Shown here: one piece after another, positions 54,040 to 63,458 of the stretch
Layout: each line of letters begins with the position of its first letter
Numbering within the stretch: the stretch's first letter is position 1
IMG/VR virus record: IMGVR_UViG_3300031718_000009
Span: 1-63,967 of that record
Source: a virus
Taxonomy: Duplodnaviria > Caudoviricetes
DNA length: 63,967 nucleotides
Direction: 5' to 3' (one strand)
Made by a program: the position numbers and the translations under genes
Notes under the pieces: model-generated
Database searches by the model: none
The model's input: the letters and a program-made list of their open reading frames with translations, nothing else
Told to the model about the DNA's origin: nothing

Positions 54040-54407
54040 TGTGGGACCGCGCTCTTACGCCCGACCTTTGCGCGGGCCTCGAGGAACGCAACCTCAGCCA
54101 TTTTCATCGGCGAGCGTGGGATTTTGTAGCGCACGAGGAGATCGCTCGCCGCTTCGAGCGAATATCGTCTCATGTCGTTCTCTGTGCAAAGAAAGCAGCC
54201 CGGCACGATTTGATAGGTATGTGGTGGAAGCAGAACAGGCAGCGAGATCGCCGCGCCGCGGTATTGGCCGGTTAAATTCACCTTCACCGTCCAGATAAAT
54301 CCAGGATACTTACGCTCGATGAATTCTAGAATGCGGCGCGCCATTTCGATTTCGCGACGAGCGATCGAGGCGCTTTCCGCGCCTTCCGAGGTTTGGTTGG
54401 CAATCAT
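54036..54407 (-). CDS. Phage protein upstream of the portal
   Basis: YPGF.W.V motif; coupled to the portal gene. Confidence 0.7.
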   Translation of the reverse strand: MIANQTSEGAESASIARREIEMARRILEFIERKYPGFIWTVKVNLTGQYRGAAISLPVLLPPHTYQIVPGCFLCTENDMRRYSLEAASDLLVRYKIPRSPMKMAEVAFLEARAKVGRKSAVPQ

Positions 54408-54410
54408 GTC

Positions 54411-54917
54411 TCACAGACCGCCGCTCGTCGTGTGAACGGGGCCAACCGCAGCACTGACCGCCTCGGCGCCGGCCCCTATACTGTTGACCCCCTCAACGCC
54501 TGCCGACAGCATGGCACCGGCATCGCCAACAGTCGGAACGTAGAATTTCGACGCGGCGCCGATGATCGGAACGCCGTTGCGAAACCAGCGATAGACAAAC
54601 TCCGTTGGCGATCCTGTCCACACTCCGGTCGGGACTTTGAGCGTTATCCCAACGACTGGCGGCAACCCTTGGGAAATGACCGGGATTGCAGTGTTGGCGG
54701 GTGCCCCGCTAACCGGCGGCGCGTAAGGTCCTAAGACGTAGGGATCGCCGTAGAAGTTGCGGGCGCGGTGCCCGGCCTCCCCGAACGGGTACATTAGCTC
54801 GTCGTGCTTATCGCGTTCGAATGTCGGCTCGAGGTCGAGGACGACGCGCAGGAACGGGATCGCGATCGAAGTGACAGTCCGGCTCGACGCCTGTGTCGGG
54901 GGCGCTGGGTTGGTCAT
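54411..54917 (-). CDS. Ig-like domain protein
   Basis: P.NT.IPVIS...VG.TL...G.WTG.P....Y.WFRNG. Confidence 0.75.
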   Translation of the reverse strand: MTNPAPPTQASSRTVTSIAIPFLRVVLDLEPTFERDKHDELMYPFGEAGHRARNFYGDPYVLGPYAPPVSGAPANTAIPVISQGLPPVVGITLKVPTGVWTGSPTEFVYRWFRNGVPIIGAASKFYVPTVGDAGAMLSAGVEGVNSIGAGAEAVSAAVGPVHTTSGGL

Positions 54918-55266
54918 TAGGCGCCATCCGCACAAGAAAGAACGAAGTATGAATGACCTGTGTTTGGAATTTCGGTAAGACCATTCGCAAAACCAAACGT
55001 AAGGTTAGTCAGCGCCGTCTCGCAAAGCTCCCGTGAGGTATATTCAATGTGTCTGGTCTCGTGGCACGCGGAAGCTCTACACGTCATCCACACGAGGAAA
55101 ACAGCCATCATTTTCTCTATAACCCCGTCATCGCGATAAGATCGATGACAGCGGCGATACCGAAGCAAAGACCGCCAACGTCGAGCAGGAGCCGGATGAT
55201 CATTTGCGCTTCGACTTCGCGTTTGATTTGTTCACCGCCGCGTTACCGGCACGAACGGCGCGCCCC

Positions 55267-55500
55267 TCATCGCCAGTGGATTTGAGAACCGAATTTGATG
55301 CCTCGGCGAACGCGCGTTTTGATTTCGCCGTCTTCGCCTTTTTCGTGTGCCTCGTCGCATCGGCTGGAGTCCACGGCATGTCGATTTTCCTCCAAAAGCG
55401 CGCGCAGGAACCGCATATTTTGTTCTTCGCTTATCCGAACCGGCGGATCAGCTTTCATGATGTCCATGTCGTACTCTGGTCTTCTTCTCGGCTTCCGCAT
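55267..55500 (-). CDS. Small hypothetical protein
   Basis: ORF track; coupled to neighbours. Confidence 0.5.
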   Translation of the reverse strand: MRKPRRRPEYDMDIMKADPPVRISEEQNMRFLRALLEENRHAVDSSRCDEAHEKGEDGEIKTRVRRGIKFGSQIHWR

Positions 55501-55600
55501 CAGTCTCTTCTGGCGATGAGCGCGACAAAATAAAAAATTGTTACCACACTCCCGACGACAAGCCCGATGATGAGCCCGGCTAGGAACATTGGCATGACAC

Positions 55601-55792
55601 CTATTTGCCCTTGCCGAGTTTAGCGTCCGCCCTGCGGTCGATCTTGGCTTTTAGAGCTGGGCTTGCGTGCTGGGCCGCGCGAGCCTTCGCGTCCCTGGCG
55701 TGAGATTTATCTTCGACCGGATAAGTACGATTAGGACCAGCGAATGCTGAGTCCGGTAGAGCGTTTCGCGCTTTCGCGGTGAGCTTGGCCAT
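55601..55792 (-). CDS. Small basic protein (DUF6582-like)
   Basis: MAKLT...RNALP.SAFA.P.R.YP..DK.HAR.A.AR. Confidence 0.7.
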   Translation of the reverse strand: MAKLTAKARNALPDSAFAGPNRTYPVEDKSHARDAKARAAQHASPALKAKIDRRADAKLGKGK

Positions 55793-56046
55793 CACTCGAC
55801 CTCGCAAAGTTCCTTAGCGGCGATGGGATTCTTTTCTATGATGTCTTGCGCCATCGAGCTGCGCGGAGCTGGCTTGCGCACCTTATCGCGGCCCTTGGAC
55901 GGCGGAACGAATTGCACAGAAACGACCCGTTGATCTGTGTTGACTCGTTCATGAGCTATCACGCGCCAATCGGACGATGACCACCACATTGCGTAGCGGG
56001 TAAACGTCCCGTCGCCGTTGGGATAGTAGGTTCGGTCAGCGTCCAC
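55792..56046 (-). CDS. Hypothetical protein
   Basis: ORF track. Confidence 0.5.
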   Translation of the reverse strand: MDADRTYYPNGDGTFTRYAMWWSSSDWRVIAHERVNTDQRVVSVQFVPPSKGRDKVRKPAPRSSMAQDIIEKNPIAAKELCEVE

Positions 56047-56200
56047 GGCCGCTCTTCTTCATGAACGGTGGCGCCATGCCTTTGCCGGACTTGCCGTCGC
56101 GCTTGTCCTGCGCTGCGTCGGTCTTGCTGCCTTCCGGCTTGCCGTGCTTTTTGTCGGCCTTCTTATCCTTGGCCGATTTCTCGAATGCTGCGGGTTTCAT
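56036..56200 (-). CDS. 54-aa Lys-rich peptide
   Basis: Translated by hand (MKPAAFEKSAKDKKADKKHG...); RBS AGGAG. Confidence 0.65.
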   Translation of the reverse strand: MKPAAFEKSAKDKKADKKHGKPEGSKTDAAQDKRDGKSGKGMAPPFMKKSGRGR

Positions 56201-56322
56201 TGTTATCTCCTAAAGAGCCGGCGAGCCTCAGGAACCCGCCGGCCTAGTCATGGGATTTTGCCATGTCCCCGCGCCAGCTTTGGCGGCTGACGCGAAGCTG
56301 TTTTATGCCGCGATCGCGGCTG

Positions 56323-56982
56323 TTAGTTCATCGCATTTATCTCAAAAAAGAACAGAACGATGTCGGCAACGGCAGTCGTGGCATTGCCCGTAACCGCGAT
56401 GATGATCGCGGCGTTTTCAGGCGCTGTCGGTAACACCGGAATACCGAGCGCGCCAGCGGCGCCCAACCCAAGGTGCGTAGAACCGAAAATGGCGCCAGTG
56501 CATTGGGCGTACTGCGTGTTCGAGCCAGCGGCACCGGCCTTGAAGACGTTCGCGGAGAGCGTCCATCCAGCGTTTACCGTCGTTTGGGCGCCAGTGTCGG
56601 CGATGAGCGTGCCGCCGGACACCGTGCTACCAACAACCGCGGCGGTGCAGGCCCAATAGAGACGCACCGTCTTGTTGGTGGCGTTGGTCGGCCCGGATCG
56701 GCCGGCCGCGGTCAGAGCAATGCCGCGCCCGGCGATATCAAGTGTGCCGGCCGGAAGCGTGTAAACGGCGAGCACATTGTCCGCGCCGGTCGCACCCGGA
56801 TTGATACCAGTGGCAGAAACCTGCCGAAAGATATTGCCTTCCCTCGACATTGCGGCGAGCCCACCACCGAACGGCTCGACGAAGTTTGGATTTTGATAAA
56901 TGTCGTTAAAGACCGCATCGACGCCGTAGCCGTCCTCTTGCGGGTTGACGTATTTCTGAGTTGTGCCGGTCGGCGCTACCAT
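56323..56982 (-). CDS. Beta-rich virion appendage protein
   Basis: RBS AAGGAG; its 30-aa N-terminus is homologous to that of 57663..59918. Confidence 0.7.
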   Translation of the reverse strand: MVAPTGTTQKYVNPQEDGYGVDAVFNDIYQNPNFVEPFGGGLAAMSREGNIFRQVSATGINPGATGADNVLAVYTLPAGTLDIAGRGIALTAAGRSGPTNATNKTVRLYWACTAAVVGSTVSGGTLIADTGAQTTVNAGWTLSANVFKAGAAGSNTQYAQCTGAIFGSTHLGLGAAGALGIPVLPTAPENAAIIIAVTGNATTAVADIVLFFFEINAMN

Positions 56983-56992
56983 CGTTGTCTCC

Positions 56993-57538
56993 TTAGTGGG
57001 TGAAGCCCCAAAGAATCACAGTGATTCCGGTTCCCGTGGCGTCTGCGGTGGTTGCAAGCGAGATGGCGGTATTGACGGCGCTGGCCGCGAGGCACGGGTT
57101 ATAATTTCGGATGAATGTCGCGCCTGGCGCGACGAGGGCTTGGAAACCCTGATAGGTAATCGTGCCGCCGAGAACACCAGTCAGCGTCATTGGGCTAACG
57201 CTTCCGGTCGCGCTACCTACTGCGTCAACCTCGATACCGCAGATATAGTTGGTCTTGCCGGGGACTGCGGCCATCGTCGCGGTGACGATGCCGGTCGTGC
57301 CCGATGCGTTGTTGACCGTCGTCGCGCCCGGCGTCAGGCAGTTGTTCGGGTTGTAGGCATCGCAGACTGCGACGTTCCCCGAGAGGATGCCGACCGGTCC
57401 GGGATTTGGATTGCTGTTCTGGACGGTCTGAGCGGCCACCGTCTCGCCGAACAGGACGAAGACACCCGGCGGCAAAGCCCAATCGACAAACAGATATGCG
57501 AGGATCGATGCAAGAAAAAGCCGGCTCGTGTGTCTCAT
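56993..57538 (-). CDS. Beta-rich protein with an N-terminal hydrophobic/signal sequence
   Basis: MRHTSRLFLASILAYLFV...; Cys pairs. Confidence 0.65.
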   Translation of the reverse strand: MRHTSRLFLASILAYLFVDWALPPGVFVLFGETVAAQTVQNSNPNPGPVGILSGNVAVCDAYNPNNCLTPGATTVNNASGTTGIVTATMAAVPGKTNYICGIEVDAVGSATGSVSPMTLTGVLGGTITYQGFQALVAPGATFIRNYNPCLAASAVNTAISLATTADATGTGITVILWGFTH

Positions 57539-57545
57539 TTGACCG

Positions 57546-57662
57546 TCATCTCCAAACGTTCTGTGTCACTATCAACACAAGCCACGCTATGCTGGCGACC
57601 GCGGCGATTGCGAGAAGCAGCTTGATCCATAATGTCTGTTCTTGATTGAAGTTGTAGTTCAT
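57546..57662 (-). CDS. 38-aa membrane peptide
   Basis: Translated by hand (MNYNFNQEQTLWIKLLLAIAAVASIAWLVLIV...). Confidence 0.5.
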   Translation of the reverse strand: MNYNFNQEQTLWIKLLLAIAAVASIAWLVLIVTQNVWR

Positions 57663-59918
57663 TTATAGCCCGTCGATTGCTTGCAGGGTCGCGGTTGGCG
57701 AGCCTCCGAGCGCGGTCAGAGTGACGATGAAGTCGCGGTATGCCCCAACCCCCACATTCGCGCCGCCGAGGATGGTCCAGCCGCCGCCGCTTGCCACAAC
57801 CGAGCTCGTGAAGTTGCTGTCGAGATGATAAAGCTCGGCGAGACCTGCTTCCGTTCCCGACCACGCGGAAGCCGGCGGGGTGTAGCTGGCGGTGTGAAGA
57901 GCGGTATTCCAAATCGACACTTCGTCGATCTCGCCCTGCCATGGAGAGATTAAAGTCCTCGCCCTTGCCCCTATGGCAAAATTCGGTCCTTGGCTTGCGT
58001 CCGCCACATGGGCGGAAGATGTCATTCGCAGGTTGCCATCAACAAAAAGCTTGCCGCCTGGAGATTGCAGAACAACCTCTAATAAATGCCATGCTCCATC
58101 ACATATATTTAATGTATCTGAGAAGGTAAATTGAGTGCCGCCGCTCACGTACCCCCAATTAGCAACTCCGCTGGTTAGTATAATAAGTTGCACCGTGGTA
58201 GCTGTTCCGTTATCAAAACAAACAACAAATCCGTTCGATGAAGGCACGGCGGACTTTTTAACCCAAGCCTGAATAGTTCCTGTAGATCCAGGCCAACTAG
58301 GAAATGCTCCCGAAGATCCGTAACCGGTCAACAGAGCGCCGGTCCCGAATTGCATCGTGCTTGTGTCCCAAGTCGGTGTCCCACCGCCGGTTAGATTAAG
58401 GAATGACCCTCCGTAAGTTCCGTTGATCGTCCATATACCTGAGCCGGAACCGCCCTTGTTGATGAAGCGTAGCCTAAACGTCTGTCCAACCTGTGGGTTG
58501 GTCATCGCGCCGAGGAGAGATGTCACAGACGGGAGGGTTGCGGCCGACGCGGCGGTGATGGCGCCAGTCAGGCTTAGAACGTGCGTGTCCGATTCGCCGC
58601 CGTAGACATCGGCCGTGACCAGTTGCAGAGTCGCCAGCGTAGAGGAGTTCTGCGAGTATCCGTATGAATTAATAAACCCAGGGCTTGCAATTGGCGCCGT
58701 ATTGTCACCAATCTTGTAAGTGAGAAAGTTAGTCTGTTTCGCCGGCACGCCTGTAGTGAAATTGCTTGCTAGGCTCAGATTGAATGCAGTGCTTTTTATA
58801 TTGCCCTGAAAGAGGCCATAAACCTTGCCGTCTATGTTGGTAAGATTTAATATTGGGACTTGCGGATTAGCAAACGGAGTCTGGAAATCAAAGTTGTCAA
58901 GCGTGACTGTCCATTCCGTCGATGTCGTAACATCACCAATAATCGGCGTGTTGCCGCTTTGCAACATCTGGATGCTGCCATTTCTAATCCATAAAGATTG
59001 CTTAAAATTATTGTTATAATTCGCAAGCGTCCCAGCAAGGAACTTAAATAGACCGCCCCCAAGCTCGGAGTAAAGCGAATCGATGGAAAGAGCGCCGGTA
59101 TCCCTGAGGATCAGATTGAAGTCCGTTGATGTACAATAAAGATTTCTAATGAGCATATTAGAAATGGTATCAATGCAATTGGTAGACTGCTTAACAAGTA
59201 GAGTATCGAATGAAATAGCCGAGGCATTCGGGTTCTGGCTCCAAATGCCAATACCCGTAACCCCATTAATCATCACCATTCCAAATTTATTCGTGTCTCC
59301 GTTAACTGTGCCTGAGAAGATAATTCCATTGGTAAGCTGAGAGTTGGTGCCGTCAGTATCAATGCCAAACGTCTGACCTATCCATATTTGGTCAAACGTT
59401 CCTTCCGTGCAATTTCTATTTTCTGATGGATTACTAAAACTGTTAGTGACTATGCTGTATTTGCCGGTATCCATCAGGATTGCGCAAAGCGGCGGCGCCG
59501 AGGTAAGGCCTTTGAACATAACCCCGAATACGCCGCCACCAAAATCGCATTGGTGGACGTACATCGGCAATCCAGCCGGCCCAACCCATTGCAGGACCGA
59601 CCCGCCTAAATTTTGGTGTAGTGTGCTGCCCCAACCCCCAAACCCGAACAGTCGAGAGCCAAAAAGACCGAGGCCACCGCTGTTTAGCAGAGACCCATTA
59701 ATCGGCACGGTGCCTTGGATATAATAATCGCCGCCTTGCGCGAGCGCCGCATTTATCGCAGCGACGTTGGCCGAGGCATTCGCTGGTAACGGACTTGTCT
59801 GAATGGGCGCGGCGAGAGCAGCGATTCGGCTGTAGATATCGGTGAAGATCGCATCGACGCCAAAGTTATCCTCCGGCGCGTTGATCCATAATCTCGCGGC
59901 GGCAGACGGCGCTGTCAT
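57663..59918 (-). CDS. Spike-like protein: beta-helix-like region plus LamG/concanavalin-like domain
   Basis: NVAAINAAL..GG entry motif; TIQAWVK..DGAWH..LFVDG..GEIDEV.IW LamG motif; low-GC core. Confidence 0.7.
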   Translation of the reverse strand: MTAPSAAARLWINAPEDNFGVDAIFTDIYSRIAALAAPIQTSPLPANASANVAAINAALAQGGDYYIQGTVPINGSLLNSGGLGLFGSRLFGFGGWGSTLHQNLGGSVLQWVGPAGLPMYVHQCDFGGGVFGVMFKGLTSAPPLCAILMDTGKYSIVTNSFSNPSENRNCTEGTFDQIWIGQTFGIDTDGTNSQLTNGIIFSGTVNGDTNKFGMVMINGVTGIGIWSQNPNASAISFDTLLVKQSTNCIDTISNMLIRNLYCTSTDFNLILRDTGALSIDSLYSELGGGLFKFLAGTLANYNNNFKQSLWIRNGSIQMLQSGNTPIIGDVTTSTEWTVTLDNFDFQTPFANPQVPILNLTNIDGKVYGLFQGNIKSTAFNLSLASNFTTGVPAKQTNFLTYKIGDNTAPIASPGFINSYGYSQNSSTLATLQLVTADVYGGESDTHVLSLTGAITAASAATLPSVTSLLGAMTNPQVGQTFRLRFINKGGSGSGIWTINGTYGGSFLNLTGGGTPTWDTSTMQFGTGALLTGYGSSGAFPSWPGSTGTIQAWVKKSAVPSSNGFVVCFDNGTATTVQLIILTSGVANWGYVSGGTQFTFSDTLNICDGAWHLLEVVLQSPGGKLFVDGNLRMTSSAHVADASQGPNFAIGARARTLISPWQGEIDEVSIWNTALHTASYTPPASAWSGTEAGLAELYHLDSNFTSSVVASGGGWTILGGANVGVGAYRDFIVTLTALGGSPTATLQAIDGL

Positions 59919-60130
59919 GCTTCCTCATCTTTCAGTAATGCGCCCTCCAACGCGATGAGACAATCTGCACTTACAACTTTGTCGCGCAGTGACACCAAGC
60001 CTGCCAAAGCGGTAAATAAATCCCGAGGATTGCCGCCGCGTTGCTCATATTGGAGCGCCAAACTTTCCGCGAAAGCAGCGGCAGAGAGTACGCTAATAGG
60101 AATTTCGCCAGTGACCCCGGCCGGGATCAC
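59915..60130 (-). CDS. Hypothetical protein
   Basis: ORF track; coupled to neighbours. Confidence 0.55.
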   Translation of the reverse strand: MIPAGVTGEIPISVLSAAAFAESLALQYEQRGGNPRDLFTALAGLVSLRDKVVSADCLIALEGALLKDEEA

Positions 60131-60475
60131 GACTTACCCCCAGTGTCCTCACCGCGGGAAAAACGGAACACATCGGAAACGCTTAACGGCCCCCTGCATC
60201 GGGTGCGCTCGGACGGGTTCTTTCTGAGCCTTTCCGCGATGGCGTCTACCTGACGCTTATGGGTCTGAACAAGGGGAAGATGCGCGATCGACTGGCTGTA
60301 GTCCCGCCCCCTGCGCATGATCTGCTCCGTACGGAGAAACGCCGCTATGTTCACCATCAAAACACCATCCCGGATGTTGGATCGTAAAACATAAGTCCGT
60401 TCCTCCACCAAATGACCCACATCGCGAATATCGCGACCAGCGCCAATGCCAAGAGAACGTCCTTAATTCTCTCCT

Positions 60476-60766
60476 TCAAAATTCTTTTCCGGTGTTCGAA
60501 CGCAGGTGATCCAACGGGGAGGGGACGTGGTAAGGGGGTCCCATATCAATGGCCGCACGCTGGACCGTCGCCGCTTTTTCGAGCGCGTCCGCGATGCGCT
60601 TGAGCGAGATCGCGATCGAGGCGAGATATTCTTCACTCCAGCCCTCATGATAAGAGCGGATGACGCCAGGCTCGATACGCCCAAGGATGTCAGCAACACC
60701 ACCGGCTTGCTGTGGTCTCAGCTCATCATATTCGCGCGCCGCCGCCTCTACCTCACTTGTCATCAA
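60476..60766 (-). CDS. Hypothetical protein
   Basis: LASIAISLKRIADALE motif; coupled. Confidence 0.65.
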   Translation of the reverse strand: MMTSEVEAAAREYDELRPQQAGGVADILGRIEPGVIRSYHEGWSEEYLASIAISLKRIADALEKAATVQRAAIDMGPPYHVPSPLDHLRSNTGKEF

Positions 60767-61392
60767 GTTGCACCTTCTCTAAGTCCGCCCATAACCGCGT
60801 CCAAAAGTCGTGTATCGCTCTGTGCGAAACGCTTGAGGCGGCGCAATGCTTTTTTTTCGATTTGGCGAATGCGCTCAACAGAGCGCGCACCTGAAGTGCT
60901 CTCATCTCCTATTTGTCCGAGAGTCTTCTCTTTCCCATCGATCAGCCCAAACCGTTCGTTGATGATATTGCGCTCGCGAGGTGGAAGCACCTCAAGAATC
61001 GCATCGAGGGCGTTCTTAGATTCACGCATCAATAGCTTCTCATCCGCGGGAAGCGCCATTGCGCGCAGCGAACTGGAAATCTGATGAATATCCGCCGCAT
61101 TGGCCGTGAATGTGGCTTCGTTCTTCTCCAGCGCCTTACGAATTTGCGCAGGCGGAAACATATCCTCGGGAAGGCAGCGTAGACACTCGGCAAGACGTAA
61201 GGCGGCAGGACTCCATTTCGAGGCGTTGTAAGGCAGCGGCGCCACCTTCATGCCGATATATGAACCAATCTGTCCTTGGCTTACGCCGCACGCGCGAGAG
61301 AGAGCAGCTACACTCTCATACCCGGCTTCACGTATTTTTTCGATGAGACGATTGTTTCGGACTTTGATCGTAACGGAATAGTCGCGCGGCAC
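60763..61392 (-). CDS. XRE-HTH plus sigma70 region-4 domain protein
   Basis: LPPRERNII..RFGL..GKEKTL.QIG......SVERIRQIEKKALRRLK; N-terminal HTH. Confidence 0.8.
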   Translation of the reverse strand: MPRDYSVTIKVRNNRLIEKIREAGYESVAALSRACGVSQGQIGSYIGMKVAPLPYNASKWSPAALRLAECLRCLPEDMFPPAQIRKALEKNEATFTANAADIHQISSSLRAMALPADEKLLMRESKNALDAILEVLPPRERNIINERFGLIDGKEKTLGQIGDESTSGARSVERIRQIEKKALRRLKRFAQSDTRLLDAVMGGLREGAT

Positions 61393-63129
61393 TTAGGCGT
61401 CCTCGAATATGAATTCGTTGATATCGTCGGCGATCTTCTGCTCGTCGAGATCGGGCGCAACCGGCTGCATGTCGTAGAACCGCGACGTCGCGTCCGCCAA
61501 ATCGTCATGCGGGGCGAACTTGAAATAGAGCAATTCGTCGATCAGCATCCGCGTCAAATCGTAAGGCTCGCCATCAGCGTCCTTGCGGCGCAATCCGCGA
61601 ACGAGGTAGCTGTCGCGGCCTGCGTCCTTCGCGTCACGCATCGCGCGTGACGGGCCTTTCATCGGGATCGTTACAACGTGGTTACGTGCGCCGTCACCTG
61701 ATCGCCCGTCTGCCGAGGCCATGTGCCAGTAACAATCACCGAGCCCCTTAACGGATATGAGAGCAGGAAAATAAAATCGTCCGTCGCGGATGTCCGGTTC
61801 CAGGCGCTCGATGCGCGACCACTTCGAATGCTCTCCCTCTCGCGGCCATGCAATCTCTTCGATGGCGAAGACCTCTCCGCTTCGCTGCATTTCGAGCTGG
61901 AAATATTCGAGATCGGCCTGCATTCCATATCGTTCGTATCCGACCTTTACGAGCTTGACGCCGGGCGCCGACTTCCACTTGCGCCGAAGTCTTTTCAGAC
62001 GATCCCAGCGCTCGGTCAGCGACATTCGATGGCAGTAGCCGTCGAGGAAATACCTCGAGCCGCCCTTATCAACGCCAACGACAGCAATCGCGGTATTGTC
62101 GCTCGATCTCGTCCGGCCGGCTGATGGGTCCGCCATGATGTAGACGTTAAGCACCGCCGGGCGAACTTCCCAGCGGCTCTCAAACCATTCCGGCTTGAAC
62201 ACCTGCTCGCTCCCGGCGAGCGGGTTTTGCAGCATTTGGGCCGAGAACGTCGAGCGCTGCGTTCGAAGCTTTTCCTTCCATCGCTCGCCGCTCATCATGA
62301 CCGGATTGCCGGTTGGCGTTCCGTCATCGCTGCCCGGATAAATCCGAGGCTTTAAAATGTTCCGTTCGAGGATTTGCCCGTATGTGTCACCAAAGGAATA
62401 CCGCGTGCCCACGTGCTGCTTGCGCACGTCGCCAGCGCCGAGGTTGTCCGAAAGCTCCCACGCCTCCATGGCCTTCTTGACCATCTCGGGGTTTCGCACC
62501 GTCTCGACAGTCACGACATCATCGTATTTGAGGATCGTATAGTGGCCGCCTGTCGGCATTCCGTCGATGAGGCCCCACGCCTCGATCGTCGCCTCTTTTG
62601 GGTTCGATTGACGCTTCAACACGAGCCCGTCGAGGCCCCATCGCGGAGCTTCGATCTTCGGATTTGCCCAGATTACGTCAGCGTAAGCCCACCGCAAAAG
62701 CGCGTTGGTTTCGAACTCCTGCTTGATCTGATGCAGAAATTTACGCGCGGCCTTTTGCGTGCAAGAGAAGATCGCGACCGTCTGCTCGGGATCGCTCACC
62801 ACGTCCTGGATCGTGCCGGCCCAGGTGATGAGCGTTGATTTGTAGTGCTCTCGTGCCCAGAGGTCGAGATAGCCGTCCGGCGCGGCCTCGACTTCGCGGC
62901 ACCGATCATAGACCCACGGATGGATCATATCGCGCCGGCCAAGGATGCAAACGCATAGAAAAAAGCGATCGAGACAACCTAGAAGCGCGTAATCGGTCGG
63001 GCGAAGCTTGCCAGAGCCTACCAGGTTCTCGTAGCTCGCCATCGCGGTTTGCATGTCTGCGTAGGCAAGTGTCGCGGCGAGATCGACGAGCTGGCGATTA
63101 GCCGCGTCGATGTAGCGCTCGCCCTTCAT
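61393..63129 (-). CDS. terL: Terminase large subunit
   Basis: WAREHYKST (Walker A-like), YDDVV (Walker B), VGTRY, MADPS, DNTA and HDDLADA nuclease motifs. Confidence 0.92.
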   Translation of the reverse strand: MKGERYIDAANRQLVDLAATLAYADMQTAMASYENLVGSGKLRPTDYALLGCLDRFFLCVCILGRRDMIHPWVYDRCREVEAAPDGYLDLWAREHYKSTLITWAGTIQDVVSDPEQTVAIFSCTQKAARKFLHQIKQEFETNALLRWAYADVIWANPKIEAPRWGLDGLVLKRQSNPKEATIEAWGLIDGMPTGGHYTILKYDDVVTVETVRNPEMVKKAMEAWELSDNLGAGDVRKQHVGTRYSFGDTYGQILERNILKPRIYPGSDDGTPTGNPVMMSGERWKEKLRTQRSTFSAQMLQNPLAGSEQVFKPEWFESRWEVRPAVLNVYIMADPSAGRTRSSDNTAIAVVGVDKGGSRYFLDGYCHRMSLTERWDRLKRLRRKWKSAPGVKLVKVGYERYGMQADLEYFQLEMQRSGEVFAIEEIAWPREGEHSKWSRIERLEPDIRDGRFYFPALISVKGLGDCYWHMASADGRSGDGARNHVVTIPMKGPSRAMRDAKDAGRDSYLVRGLRRKDADGEPYDLTRMLIDELLYFKFAPHDDLADATSRFYDMQPVAPDLDEQKIADDINEFIFEDA

Positions 63130-63454
63130 ACCGCGCGCTCAACCTCTGTGCGATGAAATCAGGCTCAGGTTGCCCGTTTATCATTTCCTTCAAACTGGCT
63201 AGCTCGCCGGGGAGAAGTCCTACCTTCTGCGCGAGTGACCCAATGAGGGCGCCGGTGTCTTCGACTTCGGTGATGCGCGAGGTAAGATCGTCCTCGAGGT
63301 CTCCCATTTCCGACCGATCAAGAGCCCGGAGACGGCGCATCTCGTCGAAGGTCTTAGCAAGCCGCCTCTCAAGCGCGGCAACGCGTTGCTCTAGCAACGT
63401 AATGCGCGTCTCTGATTTTGTTGCGCGTACCGTCAGCGTTAGGCGGCGTTTCAT
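63098..63454 (-). CDS. Coiled-coil hypothetical protein
   Basis: ORF track, internal ATG. Confidence 0.6.
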   Translation of the reverse strand: MKRRLTLTVRATKSETRITLLEQRVAALERRLAKTFDEMRRLRALDRSEMGDLEDDLTSRITEVEDTGALIGSLAQKVGLLPGELASLKEMINGQPEPDFIAQRLSARYEGRALHRRG

Positions 63455-63458
63455 GAGG

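Noticed and set aside
43758-57662. Identical ATGAACTACAAC starts at 43769 and 57662
   Set aside because: The copies are 14 kb apart with unrelated downstream sequence; likely chance.
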